IMG/VR virus record: IMGVR_UViG_2630968766_000008
Coordinates: 1 to 38,909 of that record
Length of the DNA stretch: 38,909 bases
Origin: a virus
Taxonomy: Duplodnaviria; Heunggongvirae; Uroviricota; Caudoviricetes
Direction: 5' to 3' (one strand)
Part shown: positions 1 through 7,998 of the stretch, in pieces
Numbering within the stretch: position 1 is the first letter of the stretch
Layout of the letters: every line of letters begins with the position of its first letter
Notes under the pieces: model-generated
What the model was told of the DNA's origin: nothing
Database searches by the model: none
What the model saw: only the letters and a program-made list of their open reading frames with translations
Made by a program: the position numbers and the translations under genes

Positions 1-1119
1 TCAAATAACCAACTTAACCCATTCCTGACCTCGAGTATCGTTATAGCGATCGGTGGTTGCCTGGACTTTATGTCCTAGTAATGTTTTTGTATCGATACCC
101 TGTGCACGGTACAGCCGTTCTGATAGAGAGCGTTGTTCATGAAATGTTGGCGGAGTTTTTCCTGCTGGTGGAATTATCCCAGCCAGATCCCGTGCTTTGG
201 CAAAGTAGTCGCTCAGGTTGTCTTTACTCATCGGCTTCGGTTGTTTCTGGTGCCGACTATGGATTAGATATGGACTTAATATTCTGTCTCGGCACCCATC
301 AATAACTTCTTTTAACGTTATCCCAATGGCATCACAGCGTAGTGTAAGCGGTAACGCCAGACGCATTCCGGTTTTTCCCTGGGTGATATGCAAGTGTTCG
401 TTCCACACATCTGAAAAACGCATGTGGCAAATGTCATCACGGCGCTGACCAGTAACAATCGCAAGAAGCATTGCGTTACGGATAAAGTGTTTTTCAGGCG
501 TTGCATTGTAAATTTTTTGCCAGTCTTCCATGGTGAGCCTGGCTCTGGTTACTTTAGGGATCGGTTTACGGGTAGCCTCCGGAGGATTCCATCCAGGAGG
601 AACTTCCCCTGCATGCTGTGCTTCTTTATAAATATCAACCCATAATCCACGATTTACTCTCGCTGTGCTGACCATGTCTTTATCCAGCCACTCATCCAGT
701 ATTAATGCAAAGTCTCTTACTTCCAGTTCTTTCAATGGGTGGTTTCCCAGACGGGAAACCAGGTATGCAGCCATTCGGGTTTTTTCTTTGTGAGTTGTAG
801 CTGCAATATCTCCATTTTTCAGTCGCGTGTCCTGTATTTTCAGATATCGATCAACCCATGCCTTTAATCTGATACCCCGACGTTTTGTTGCTGACGGACT
901 TTCATCAATTTTGCGCATGAAATATTCAGCTTCTGCTGCAGCTATTCGCTGATTGGCTGTGGAAGCTATTTTTTCTGCCTTACCTTTGTCTGTTCCGAGT
1001 CCGTGAAATTTTCCAGTCACAGGATTTTTATACTGGTAGTAAACTCTGCCAGTTCTGCGATCAAACTTTTCGTAAAGACCGGCTACGTCAGTGCTGTTTT
1101 TTCGTGGCCTCGGTGACAT
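1..1119 (-). CDS. int: Phage integrase, tyrosine recombinase (lambda Int family)
   Basis: 372-aa ORF whose stop codon is at positions 1-3; C-terminal region has the R...HxxR...Y catalytic layout typical of tyrosine recombinases (..HMRFSDV.., ..LLGHK.., ..TTDRYND..). Sits at the prophage edge next to an Xis-like gene. Confidence 0.9.
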   Translation of the reverse strand: MSPRPRKNSTDVAGLYEKFDRRTGRVYYQYKNPVTGKFHGLGTDKGKAEKIASTANQRIAAAEAEYFMRKIDESPSATKRRGIRLKAWVDRYLKIQDTRLKNGDIAATTHKEKTRMAAYLVSRLGNHPLKELEVRDFALILDEWLDKDMVSTARVNRGLWVDIYKEAQHAGEVPPGWNPPEATRKPIPKVTRARLTMEDWQKIYNATPEKHFIRNAMLLAIVTGQRRDDICHMRFSDVWNEHLHITQGKTGMRLALPLTLRCDAIGITLKEVIDGCRDRILSPYLIHSRHQKQPKPMSKDNLSDYFAKARDLAGIIPPAGKTPPTFHEQRSLSERLYRAQGIDTKTLLGHKVQATTDRYNDTRGQEWVKLVI

Positions 1120-1366
1120 GAGTTAAAATCTCCTTCAGTGCATCATCATCGCCAGTATGAATTTCCGGCGCAATTCCCGTTTCACCAGGCCCAACAAATA
1201 CTGCTCGGCGATCTATCAGCCAACGCCCACGAATTTTTTGTGGCCTTGGAACGATGTATCCTAGTTTTCCGTATTTCACCAGGGTAGTGTTTGTTATTGG
1301 GAGACTGAACCGTTTTGGTTTCCACTCGTCGAGCGTTATCAGGTACTGTTCGCTCATGGCTATCAC
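1088..1366 (-). CDS. xis: Excisionase (Xis-like DNA-binding protein)
   Basis: 92-aa ORF immediately upstream of and overlapping int by 32 nt; small basic protein with YLITLDEW...GRWLIDRRAV motif resembling phage excisionase/AlpA-type HTH. Start could be the second Met (1357). Confidence 0.7.
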   Translation of the reverse strand: MIAMSEQYLITLDEWKPKRFSLPITNTTLVKYGKLGYIVPRPQKIRGRWLIDRRAVFVGPGETGIAPEIHTGDDDALKEILTHVTEATKKQH

Positions 1367-1418
1367 TCCGGAACGCGCCAGTTGCAGAATATCAACGACA
1401 ACTGGCGACGGTTGAACA

Positions 1419-3860
1419 TTAAAAATCAGCCTGACTCGGGATCAGTTTTTGCCAGATAACTGAAACGTATTTTGCCTGGTAACGAGCGTCATCAAGTGCA
1501 TTATGGCGCTCACCTTCGAATGGGATAGCAGTTCTGGCATCGAAGTCTATGGCTTTCCCCAGCTCAACGATTGTGCGTACATCGCGATCGTTGCAGTAGC
1601 GCCACGGGCAGGGGATACCCTGTCGTTCGTATGAACGGCGTAAAATCACGTTGTCGAAGTTGGCCCCATTACCCCAGACCTGAACAAAAAATTCACCGGA
1701 GTTTTCGTCGATAAATTCCCGCAATTGCAGTAGTGCATCATCTAACGGGATTTCATCGGTCATAATGGCAGACTGCGCTTCACGTGATTGCTTTAGCCAC
1801 CATTTAATGACGTCACGATCAATGACTCCGCCAGCAGTATCCAGATCGATGGTCTTGCTAAATTCCGGTCCCATATCTCCGGTTTGTGGATCGAAAAATA
1901 TTGCGCCTATTGAGATAATCGGGGCATCTGGATTTTTTCCCATGGTTTCAAGGTCGATCATCAGATGAATCCCCGCTCTGCTGGTGGATGTGAGCTTATG
2001 ATGACCATTCACCTTAATTAAGGGATCTGTCGCCTCGCCAGTTTTATTATCGCTGGCGTGATGCTGATTGCCGCCAGGGTTCTCCTTGTGTGGATGTTCA
2101 GCGCCTTCCATTTCCTCCGGATCATTTTCCTGAACTTCAACCTGATTCTCTTCATCGAATGTTTCCTGGTATGTTGCGTCGCCCATCACCGCGCCACAAT
2201 CAGGGCAGTTGCCGCCACCGCTCTGACCGCAGGCGGTGCAGACTTTTTCCGGTTCCTGTTGCGCTACTGGTTCGGATTGTTTCGTTTCTGGCTCGTTTTG
2301 TAACGCATTTGGGCTGTTTTGTTCCGCTTTTTGGTCGTTCCGTTCCGATTCATGCTGGTTCTGGTTCACAGAATCGCGAGTCTGGATCCCCTTGACCCAT
2401 TTCGGATCATTAGGGTCGCTAATCCCCTCAACAAATTCACCACGCGATACAGCAAGTAACTTATCGGCGTCAGGCTGGCTGATATTGGCTGCCTGCATAA
2501 TTTTGTTTACTTCGTCAGCGGTGACTTTTACTTGGTTAGCGGAACTCACCTGCGACTGAGCATCCAGCGACTGCGCGTTCTGGCAATGTTCAGTTGTATC
2601 CGGTTCCATTGTTTCAGTTGTTGCCTGTTCACCTGCCATTGCGTCAGATGGTTGTGGTTTTTCTTCTTCTGTTTCACGCTCAGTAACCACCTCGCGGTTA
2701 ATTTCTTCCAGGATATCTTTTTCCGGCGTATGCCGGGCAGCTGTGAGAGTTTCCTTGCTGGGGTTCTCGTGATCAGTTTCTGTCAAATAGGCGTTGATAT
2801 ACCCCTGAAGGCGTCCCGGGTAGTGATAAAATTCAGGGTGTGCACTTCGGATAAGTGCAAAAATAGCGGCGCGGGAATAGTCCAGAATACCCGGGGTTGC
2901 ACGAAGTGCTGCGGACCATTCTTTGAACGGACTTTCTTTTTTCAGGACTACTTCTTTTGCGCGACGATAAACGCTGCCCGGAATTTCATAAATATTAAAA
3001 TCCATCGGAAGTGTGGCTGCTGCAATCTCCACATCCAGTGTGTCGAGGGTGTGTACTAAATTCGGATTGCGATCGGTTTTGTTCCCACCGCCAGCATTAG
3101 CACCGGAAGCCGTGCGGGTGATGCGTGAAACACGATTTCCTTTCATCCACTCTTTTGTCAGCAGACCCCGATCAGTGTAGTCAGCGTCCAGGTATGCTTC
3201 GAAAAAAGCAGTTATTAGTCCCAGGTCTGAATTACCAGGATTAGGGAAAACTTTGTCAGTGTCACGAACCAGTTTGTGGAGGTCGCGAATCTCCAGCGAG
3301 TCGAGCAGACTGGTTTTATGCGAAATAGCAAGGGCAGTAACAGCCGGTAGTTCTTCAGCCCGTGCAATGTGTAATGCCTGGAGTTCGTCGCGTGAAACGT
3401 GCGTTACTGGTTTTTCGCTGCCGTGTTGAGCAAGCCAACGAATGGGCAGTTCCTGACCGGAGACAGGCAGAAGCATGCTCTCCTCAATCTCAGTCATGTC
3501 TTCGCCGTTGATGTTGGTATTGTCAGTGCTGGCTGGTTTGTCCTGAACAGAGGGGGAAGGGCCGATAAATGTCATTGTGATGCCATCTTTCCCGCCTTTT
3601 TCATAGCGGTTGCAGAATTCAGTATCAAACACGCCTTCTGGCGGAAGGTCGTCAACAACGGGCAAATTGACGCGGACGGGTTTTTTAAAGTCGTCTTCAT
3701 CATAATCGTTGTCATCCATTGCGGTAATGCAGCGGGAGATTGCAACAGATAATTTTTTTGCTGTAGTCCAGTAAAAACCACCTTTAATTCCCAGGCGTTT
3801 TCTTACTTTGTCATTTTTTGCTTCGCAATATAGTGCAAATTCTTCTTTATCAGTGCTCAT
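1419..3860 (-). CDS. Large early-left protein with C-terminal DnaQ-like (DEDDh) 3'-5' exonuclease domain; sits where the ydfE remnant lies in Qin
   Basis: 813-aa ORF. C-terminal ~180 aa carry exonuclease motifs (MIDLETMG, ...WGNGANFD..., H..ALDDARYQAKY). A central CTACG..CPDCG cysteine pair suggests a zinc knuckle. Follows ydfD in the dic operon. Confidence 0.65.
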   Translation of the reverse strand: MSTDKEEFALYCEAKNDKVRKRLGIKGGFYWTTAKKLSVAISRCITAMDDNDYDEDDFKKPVRVNLPVVDDLPPEGVFDTEFCNRYEKGGKDGITMTFIGPSPSVQDKPASTDNTNINGEDMTEIEESMLLPVSGQELPIRWLAQHGSEKPVTHVSRDELQALHIARAEELPAVTALAISHKTSLLDSLEIRDLHKLVRDTDKVFPNPGNSDLGLITAFFEAYLDADYTDRGLLTKEWMKGNRVSRITRTASGANAGGGNKTDRNPNLVHTLDTLDVEIAAATLPMDFNIYEIPGSVYRRAKEVVLKKESPFKEWSAALRATPGILDYSRAAIFALIRSAHPEFYHYPGRLQGYINAYLTETDHENPSKETLTAARHTPEKDILEEINREVVTERETEEEKPQPSDAMAGEQATTETMEPDTTEHCQNAQSLDAQSQVSSANQVKVTADEVNKIMQAANISQPDADKLLAVSRGEFVEGISDPNDPKWVKGIQTRDSVNQNQHESERNDQKAEQNSPNALQNEPETKQSEPVAQQEPEKVCTACGQSGGGNCPDCGAVMGDATYQETFDEENQVEVQENDPEEMEGAEHPHKENPGGNQHHASDNKTGEATDPLIKVNGHHKLTSTSRAGIHLMIDLETMGKNPDAPIISIGAIFFDPQTGDMGPEFSKTIDLDTAGGVIDRDVIKWWLKQSREAQSAIMTDEIPLDDALLQLREFIDENSGEFFVQVWGNGANFDNVILRRSYERQGIPCPWRYCNDRDVRTIVELGKAIDFDARTAIPFEGERHNALDDARYQAKYVSVIWQKLIPSQADF

Positions 3861-3953
3861 TATTGGTAAACCTCATCACAGATTTAAGGGTGAACAAATC
3901 TCTGCCATTGCTGACATATAAGAATGAAACTGGATATTTATTACGGTGCTGTT

Positions 3954-4145
3954 TTAAAATCCTGCCGGGATTTCGTTATTATCCTGGTGAATAACTTTAT
4001 CGACCGGATAACAGTTGCCTGGAATTTTCTGTTCGGTTGCTGCTGCCATACATTCCTGCATTGTTCTGTGAACACTGACTGCAATATCAACTGGCTCTCC
4101 GGAAACAAGAAAAACCGTCAGAATAAGTGCAAATACTGGATTCAT
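3954..4145 (-). CDS. ydfD: YdfD-like small lysis protein (63 aa) with N-terminal hydrophobic helix
   Basis: 63-aa ORF (MNPVFALILTVFLVSG...) whose ATG overlaps the dicB stop as ATGA, the same arrangement as dicB-ydfD in the E. coli Qin prophage; size matches YdfD from memory. Confidence 0.6.
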   Translation of the reverse strand: MNPVFALILTVFLVSGEPVDIAVSVHRTMQECMAAATEQKIPGNCYPVDKVIHQDNNEIPAGF

Positions 4146-4330
4146 TGTGCACATCCTTTTGGCATCAGACGTAAACGGGCCAGCATTGAAACAATGCATA
4201 CTTTATTTAATAACTCCCGTTCGTGTTTTCTTTTGTTAATGGCATCTTCAGTAAATACAGGATTACTGATAGTGACACCAATTTCAAAACAACCTTCAGA
4301 CGTATTAACGTTTGGTAATAACGTTTTCAT
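4142..4330 (-). CDS. dicB: Cell division inhibitor DicB (MinC-activating)
   Basis: 62-aa ORF MKTLLPNVNTSEGCFEIGVTISNPVFTEDAINKRKHERELLNKVCIVSMLARLRLMPKGCAQ, nearly identical to my recollection of E. coli K-12 DicB; GAGGG Shine-Dalgarno 8 nt upstream; immediately downstream of the dicF sRNA. Confidence 0.8.
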   Translation of the reverse strand: MKTLLPNVNTSEGCFEIGVTISNPVFTEDAINKRKHERELLNKVCIVSMLARLRLMPKGCAQ

Positions 4331-4499
4331 TATCGCGCCCTCAACAATGAGTTTTGTGATGCGGTGCCTGGTGCCTCCAGGTGACGTTAACCAGTTAACA
4401 ATTAACGCCGGATACAGAGAATCCACCCATAACACTGTTTTTGGTTTTAACTGTTCCGCGTGCGCTTAGCCGCATTCACCGCATCACAAAATTCACTTT

Positions 4500-4557
4500 A
4501 AAAAGGGCGGCAGAGCAGTCACGGAGTAAAACTGATACCGCCAAACGTCACCAGAAA
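4500..4557 (-). ncRNA. dicF: DicF small RNA (ftsZ translational inhibitor) including its intrinsic terminator
   Basis: Reverse complement of 4500-4557 reads TTTCTGGTGACGTTTGGCGGTATCAGTTTTACTCCGTGACTGCTCTGCCGCCCTTTTT, which matches the DicF sequence as I recall it, ending in a GC-rich hairpin (GGCGG...CCGCC) plus U-run. Lies between ydfC and dicB as in Qin. Confidence 0.75.
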
Positions 4558-4898
4558 ATTGATAACAGAGGGCGTTGCAGCGGGGTTGTCACTTAAGCGT
4601 ATGGTCAACCTGACAACCCGGTGTCCTCAACGGGGGAAGGAATAACCCCGCCATACTTACCGCCGCGCCATTTCGCGGATTGCCACAACCGGAAGCGCAC
4701 GGTCGACGAAAATTTAACGACAGGCTATCTATGAACCAGCTACCTCGCCGTGCGCTTTCGCGTTATGGTCTGACTTTTCAGGGAAATATCCTTTCAGTAA
4801 ACTGTCAGTGCCGGATGCTCACCCGTGTCCGGCGCACGCACTCCACCTCACCCGTGGAGAACTCCTTAATTACCAACCTTAGCTTCGTTGGTTAGCTA

Positions 4899-5117
4899 TT
4901 AACGCGGGTATGTAATCATTCTGGCAATGCTTAATGCCGCTGCTTTTTCCAGCCTGGTGATATCCTGCTCCAGAGCGGACAGATTTTCAGCCTGCTTAGC
5001 CCTGGCTTCATTGGCCCATTTCAGATCCTGCGCTGCATTAATTTTCTGGCGCATCCACTCATAAAGTTCATCATCGGTATAGTCTGGCGCGATGATGACG
5101 GGTTCTCGTTTCTGCAT
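4899..5117 (-). CDS. ydfC: YdfC-like hypothetical protein (72 aa) of the dicB operon
   Basis: 72-aa ORF with strong AGGAG Shine-Dalgarno 5-6 nt upstream of ATG; size and position (upstream of dicF) match Qin ydfC. Confidence 0.55.
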   Translation of the reverse strand: MQKREPVIIAPDYTDDELYEWMRQKINAAQDLKWANEARAKQAENLSALEQDITRLEKAAALSIARMITYPR

Positions 5118-5188
5118 GTCGGCTCCTTGTGGTTAGCGTTGCCTGCTTTTAACCACGTCAGGCGAGGTGGTATCCTCTGAGGGGTCTG

Positions 5189-5545
5189 TTACTCGAGAGG
5201 AAATTGGTTATGAATACAATCAAGTTTTCTTGCCCAGAATGTGGTGGCGAAGTCTTTGACACATCCTTTAAACCGCAGGGCTCTGACAGTTTCGCGGGAG
5301 CCATCTGCAAAAATTGTGGTCACCTTGTAACTGAAGATGAGTCCTCGCAGTTCGATGACGAAATCGTTGACAATATCTTCGGTGCACTCACCAGAGACTT
5401 TCTGAAATAAAGACGCATACCGCTTAGTTACCGCTCTGATAACTCTTACCTGTCCGGCAATGGCGCTGATGTCAATATAAAGCGCCATTGCTGCTTCTTT
5501 GCCGATCCCGTGATGCCTTCCATTCTGATGTTTGACTTCGCCCAC
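5189..5545 (-). CDS. Hypothetical first gene of the leftward dicB operon (position of Qin ydfA/ydfB); start uncertain (GTG 5545 or ATG 5488)
   Basis: Open frame directly downstream of the leftward promoter; AGAGGA 7 nt before GTG. An antisense zinc-ribbon ORF on + (5210-5410) competes with it, so only one of the two is likely real. Confidence 0.3.
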   Translation of the reverse strand: MGEVKHQNGRHHGIGKEAAMALYIDISAIAGQVRVIRAVTKRYASLFQKVSGECTEDIVNDFVIELRGLIFSYKVTTIFADGSRETVRALRFKGCVKDFATTFWARKLDCIHNQFPLE

Positions 5546-5625
5546 TGAGAAATCCTCTGTTTCCCCTTAACGCCGGGTAGCGGAACTGTTTGCTGAGAAC
5601 ACCGTGCGGTGTCTTGATGGGTGGT

Positions 5626-5654
5626 AATTTAGTTTTCTCATGAATGTTGGTCAA
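5626..5654 (-). promoter_or_regulatory. Leftward early promoter (pL / dicB-operon promoter analogue) with operator repeat in the spacer
   Basis: On minus strand: TTGACC (5654-5649) - 17 nt - TAAATT (5631-5626); spacer contains TGAGAAAACT operator-like motif; a second copy TGAGAAAACTCA at 5665-5676. Confidence 0.5.
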
Positions 5655-5738
5655 GTATTTTTAATGAGAAAACTCAATATTTAATGCAAAATAAAGCCAA
5701 TACATTGAAATGTAAGGCTTTAAAATTTGTGAAGGGGG

Positions 5739-6146
5739 TTACTGATGTTTGTTACGTTTGCGAGCTTCTAGTAGCTCGGTGAATAGGCGATTAAAATTCT
5801 CAACGCGGGCACGGAGTTCGCTGATTTGTGCTTGCTGCTCTGATTTTGGAAGTGCGCGATACAATCGCAACATCTCCAACTCATCTTCCGATAAGTCTAA
5901 GGCGCTGTTGAGTGCAACTGGTGGATCTGGTGTTTTATCCTCGTCACCAAACAGTATCCAAGTTGGTGAACATTGCAATACCTCAGCCAGGCGATGCAAA
6001 TTTTGCCCGCGCGGGGCTGTATGGTCGCTTTCCCATAGTGAAATTGATGAGCCAGATACGCCAGCGGCTTTGCTTAAATCGTTTTGACTTAAACCAACCT
6101 GTTTGCGTCTTTCTCTAATTCGTTGACCTAAAGTTTTCTCGTTCAT
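5739..6146 (-). CDS. dicA: DicA-like repressor (XRE-family HTH, C2/cI analogue)
   Basis: 135-aa ORF; N-terminal HTH (QRIRERRKQVGLSQNDLSKAAGVSGSSISLWE) and conserved VLQCSPTWILFGDEDK segment as in E. coli DicA; divergent from Cro-like dicC. Confidence 0.85.
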   Translation of the reverse strand: MNEKTLGQRIRERRKQVGLSQNDLSKAAGVSGSSISLWESDHTAPRGQNLHRLAEVLQCSPTWILFGDEDKTPDPPVALNSALDLSEDELEMLRLYRALPKSEQQAQISELRARVENFNRLFTELLEARKRNKHQ

Positions 6147-6167
6147 ATTTAGATATCTTAATAACCC

Positions 6168-6209
6168 TTGACTTGAGATTCCTTGAGTGATTACTATTGA
6201 GAAAACTCA
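6168..6209 (+). promoter_or_regulatory. Rightward early promoter (pR analogue) with operator TGAGAAAACTCA
   Basis: TTGACT (6168-6173) - 17 nt - TTACTA/TACTAT, followed by palindromic-ended operator TGAGAAAACTCA at 6198-6209, the same 12-mer found twice left of dicA. Confidence 0.45.
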
Positions 6210-6223
6210 ACTTTGGAGGGGTG

Positions 6224-6451
6224 ATGTTTAAATCAGACGTAATTAATTTTTATGGGACGAAAGCCAAAGTAGCGAAAGCTGCTGGTGTTGATCCATCTGC
6301 TGTTTCTCAATGGGGGGAACTGGTTCCTGAAGGTCGCGCGATGCGCCTGCAAGAGGCATCCGGCGGGGAACTTCAGTACGACCCCAAAGTTTATGACGAA
6401 TATCGTAAGGCAAAGCGGGCGGGGCGGTTGAACAATGAAAATCACCCCTGA
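6224..6451 (+). CDS. dicC: DicC-like Cro-type regulator
   Basis: 75-aa ORF from ATG 6224 (GGAGG Shine-Dalgarno 5 nt upstream); sequence ...VPEGRAMRLQEASGGELQYDPKVYDEYRKAKRAGRL... resembles E. coli DicC; divergent to dicA. Confidence 0.75.
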   Translation: MFKSDVINFYGTKAKVAKAAGVDPSAVSQWGELVPEGRAMRLQEASGGELQYDPKVYDEYRKAKRAGRLNNENHP

Positions 6452-6986
6452 ACAGGTTTGTGAGGCTCTGGATGCCTGGGTATGTCGACCAGGAATGACA
6501 CAGGAGCAGGCGACGATATTAATCACGGAAGCATTCTGGGCTCTGAAAGAACGCCCGAACATCGATGTTCAACGCGTCACGTTTAATGATGGCGAGGTTG
6601 ATCAACGGGCGCTGGGCGTTAACCGGGTGAAGATATTCGAACGCTGGAAAGCTATCGACACCAGGGATAAGCGGGAAAAATTCACGGCGCTGATTCCGGC
6701 AATTATGGAGGCTATCCGGATCAGCGATTTCAGGTTGTATTGTGAAATTACTGACGGAAAAAGCATTACGTACATGATCGCCGGGTTAAACAAAGAATAT
6801 GGCGATGTGGTGGAGTCCGGGCTGCTTTTTGCGGATCCATCTGTTGTGGAACGTGAGACTGACGAGCTTATAGAAAAAGCTATTGCTTTCAAGCATGCGT
6901 ATCGTCAGCAATATCAATATTACTTTGCAGATAAACAAATGTCTGCCAGGGGTTCGTATGAGTATCGATGCACTACGATGGGCTAA
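6435..6986 (+). CDS. Hypothetical protein, possibly YdaT-family (occupies the cII position)
   Basis: 183-aa ORF directly after the Cro-like gene, overlapping it by 17 nt; assignment to the YdaT family is from positional analogy and vague motif memory only. Confidence 0.4.
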   Translation: MKITPEQVCEALDAWVCRPGMTQEQATILITEAFWALKERPNIDVQRVTFNDGEVDQRALGVNRVKIFERWKAIDTRDKREKFTALIPAIMEAIRISDFRLYCEITDGKSITYMIAGLNKEYGDVVESGLLFADPSVVERETDELIEKAIAFKHAYRQQYQYYFADKQMSARGSYEYRCTTMG

Positions 6987-7998
6987 AAAGGTGAAAACCG
7001 GCAGTTCATCCAGTAAGTCTGTATTGACCTGGCTTGCTGATATGTGCGGTGCCGATTTGTGTGCATACCCGTCTGTATCTGCACTGGCAGAAGTAACGGA
7101 ACTGAACAAAAAGACTGTGCAGGACAGCTTACGACACCTGATGGAGATTGGGTTAATTGTTGATACCGGTGAGAGAAAAGGCAGAACAAAGCAAATTGTG
7201 GTGTACCGACTTATCGGTGTAGAAGAAAGTGTTGCCGAGCCTGAATACACCCAAAAACGGGAGTCTTTAAAGGTGGGTAAAATTGGTGCTGTTAATAAAA
7301 ACAGTACCGAAAATGGTTATGTTTCAGCACAAAACAGACCCAAAAACGGAACTCTTAGCTGCATGGAAAATAACCAAAGACACCCAAATTTTCCATCAAA
7401 GACACCCAAAAACGGATCACGGAACCCAAAGGAACCCAAAGATCTAAACCCCACACATAACGCACGCGAGAGTGCTCCGACCAGTGAGCAGGAAGTTTTA
7501 TCGTTACAGGCAGCACCCCTTGTATTCCTGGATGGCCTGAGCGAACCCATCGGAAAATTTCCGATGACCGATAGCTGGTATCCGTCACGGGATTTTCGAC
7601 GACGGGCTGCGTTGTGGGGGATGGCTTTGCCGGAGACAGAATTTACACCTGCTGAACTTGCCGCCTTCCGGGACTACTGGGCAGCGGAGGGGAAAGTGTT
7701 TACGCAGATTCAGTGGGAGCAGAAATTCGCCCGTCACGTAAATCACGTCAGGGCGCAGGTTAAACCAGTCAGCAAGGGGGGGAGCCATGCAGCAGCACCA
7801 GGTGGCACCGCATCACGGGCAGTTCAGGAAATTCGGGCAGCACGTGAGCAGTGGGAACGTGAAAACGGATTTATCAGCGACGGAAACGGCGTGGAAGCTG
7901 TGGGAACTCATGGGGGATGTTTATTCGAACCGCTGGACCCAGAAGAACGGGGTCGCACCTTCGAAGCTCTGGATTGCACAGATTGGCGCGATGACTGA
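6958..7998 (+). CDS. Replication initiation protein (O-like N-terminal wHTH, DnaT-like C-terminal domain)
   Basis: ORF 6883-7998; likely start ATG 6958 (MSIDALRWAKKV...). N-terminus looks like a helix-turn-helix replication protein; C-terminal TDSWYPS...FTPAELAAFRDYW segment resembles the DnaT/primosomal domain fused to phage replication proteins. Confidence 0.6.
   Translation: MSIDALRWAKKVKTGSSSSKSVLTWLADMCGADLCAYPSVSALAEVTELNKKTVQDSLRHLMEIGLIVDTGERKGRTKQIVVYRLIGVEESVAEPEYTQKRESLKVGKIGAVNKNSTENGYVSAQNRPKNGTLSCMENNQRHPNFPSKTPKNGSRNPKEPKDLNPTHNARESAPTSEQEVLSLQAAPLVFLDGLSEPIGKFPMTDSWYPSRDFRRRAALWGMALPETEFTPAELAAFRDYWAAEGKVFTQIQWEQKFARHVNHVRAQVKPVSKGGSHAAAPGGTASRAVQEIRAAREQWERENGFISDGNGVEAVGTHGGCLFEPLDPEERGRTFEALDCTDWRDD

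Noticed and set aside
1765-3752. Several plus-strand ORFs (67-175 aa) inside the 1419-3860 region
   Set aside because: All lie antisense within the long minus-strand exonuclease-domain gene and have low-complexity or Cys/Phe-rich translations typical of spurious antisense frames.
3924-4469. 181-aa plus-strand ORF
   Set aside because: Antisense to the recognisable dicB and ydfD genes; no ribosome-binding site.
5472-5654. 60-aa minus-strand ORF starting with TTG
   Set aside because: Its start codon is the -35 hexamer (TTGACC) of the leftward promoter and it runs across the operator repeats; almost certainly non-coding.
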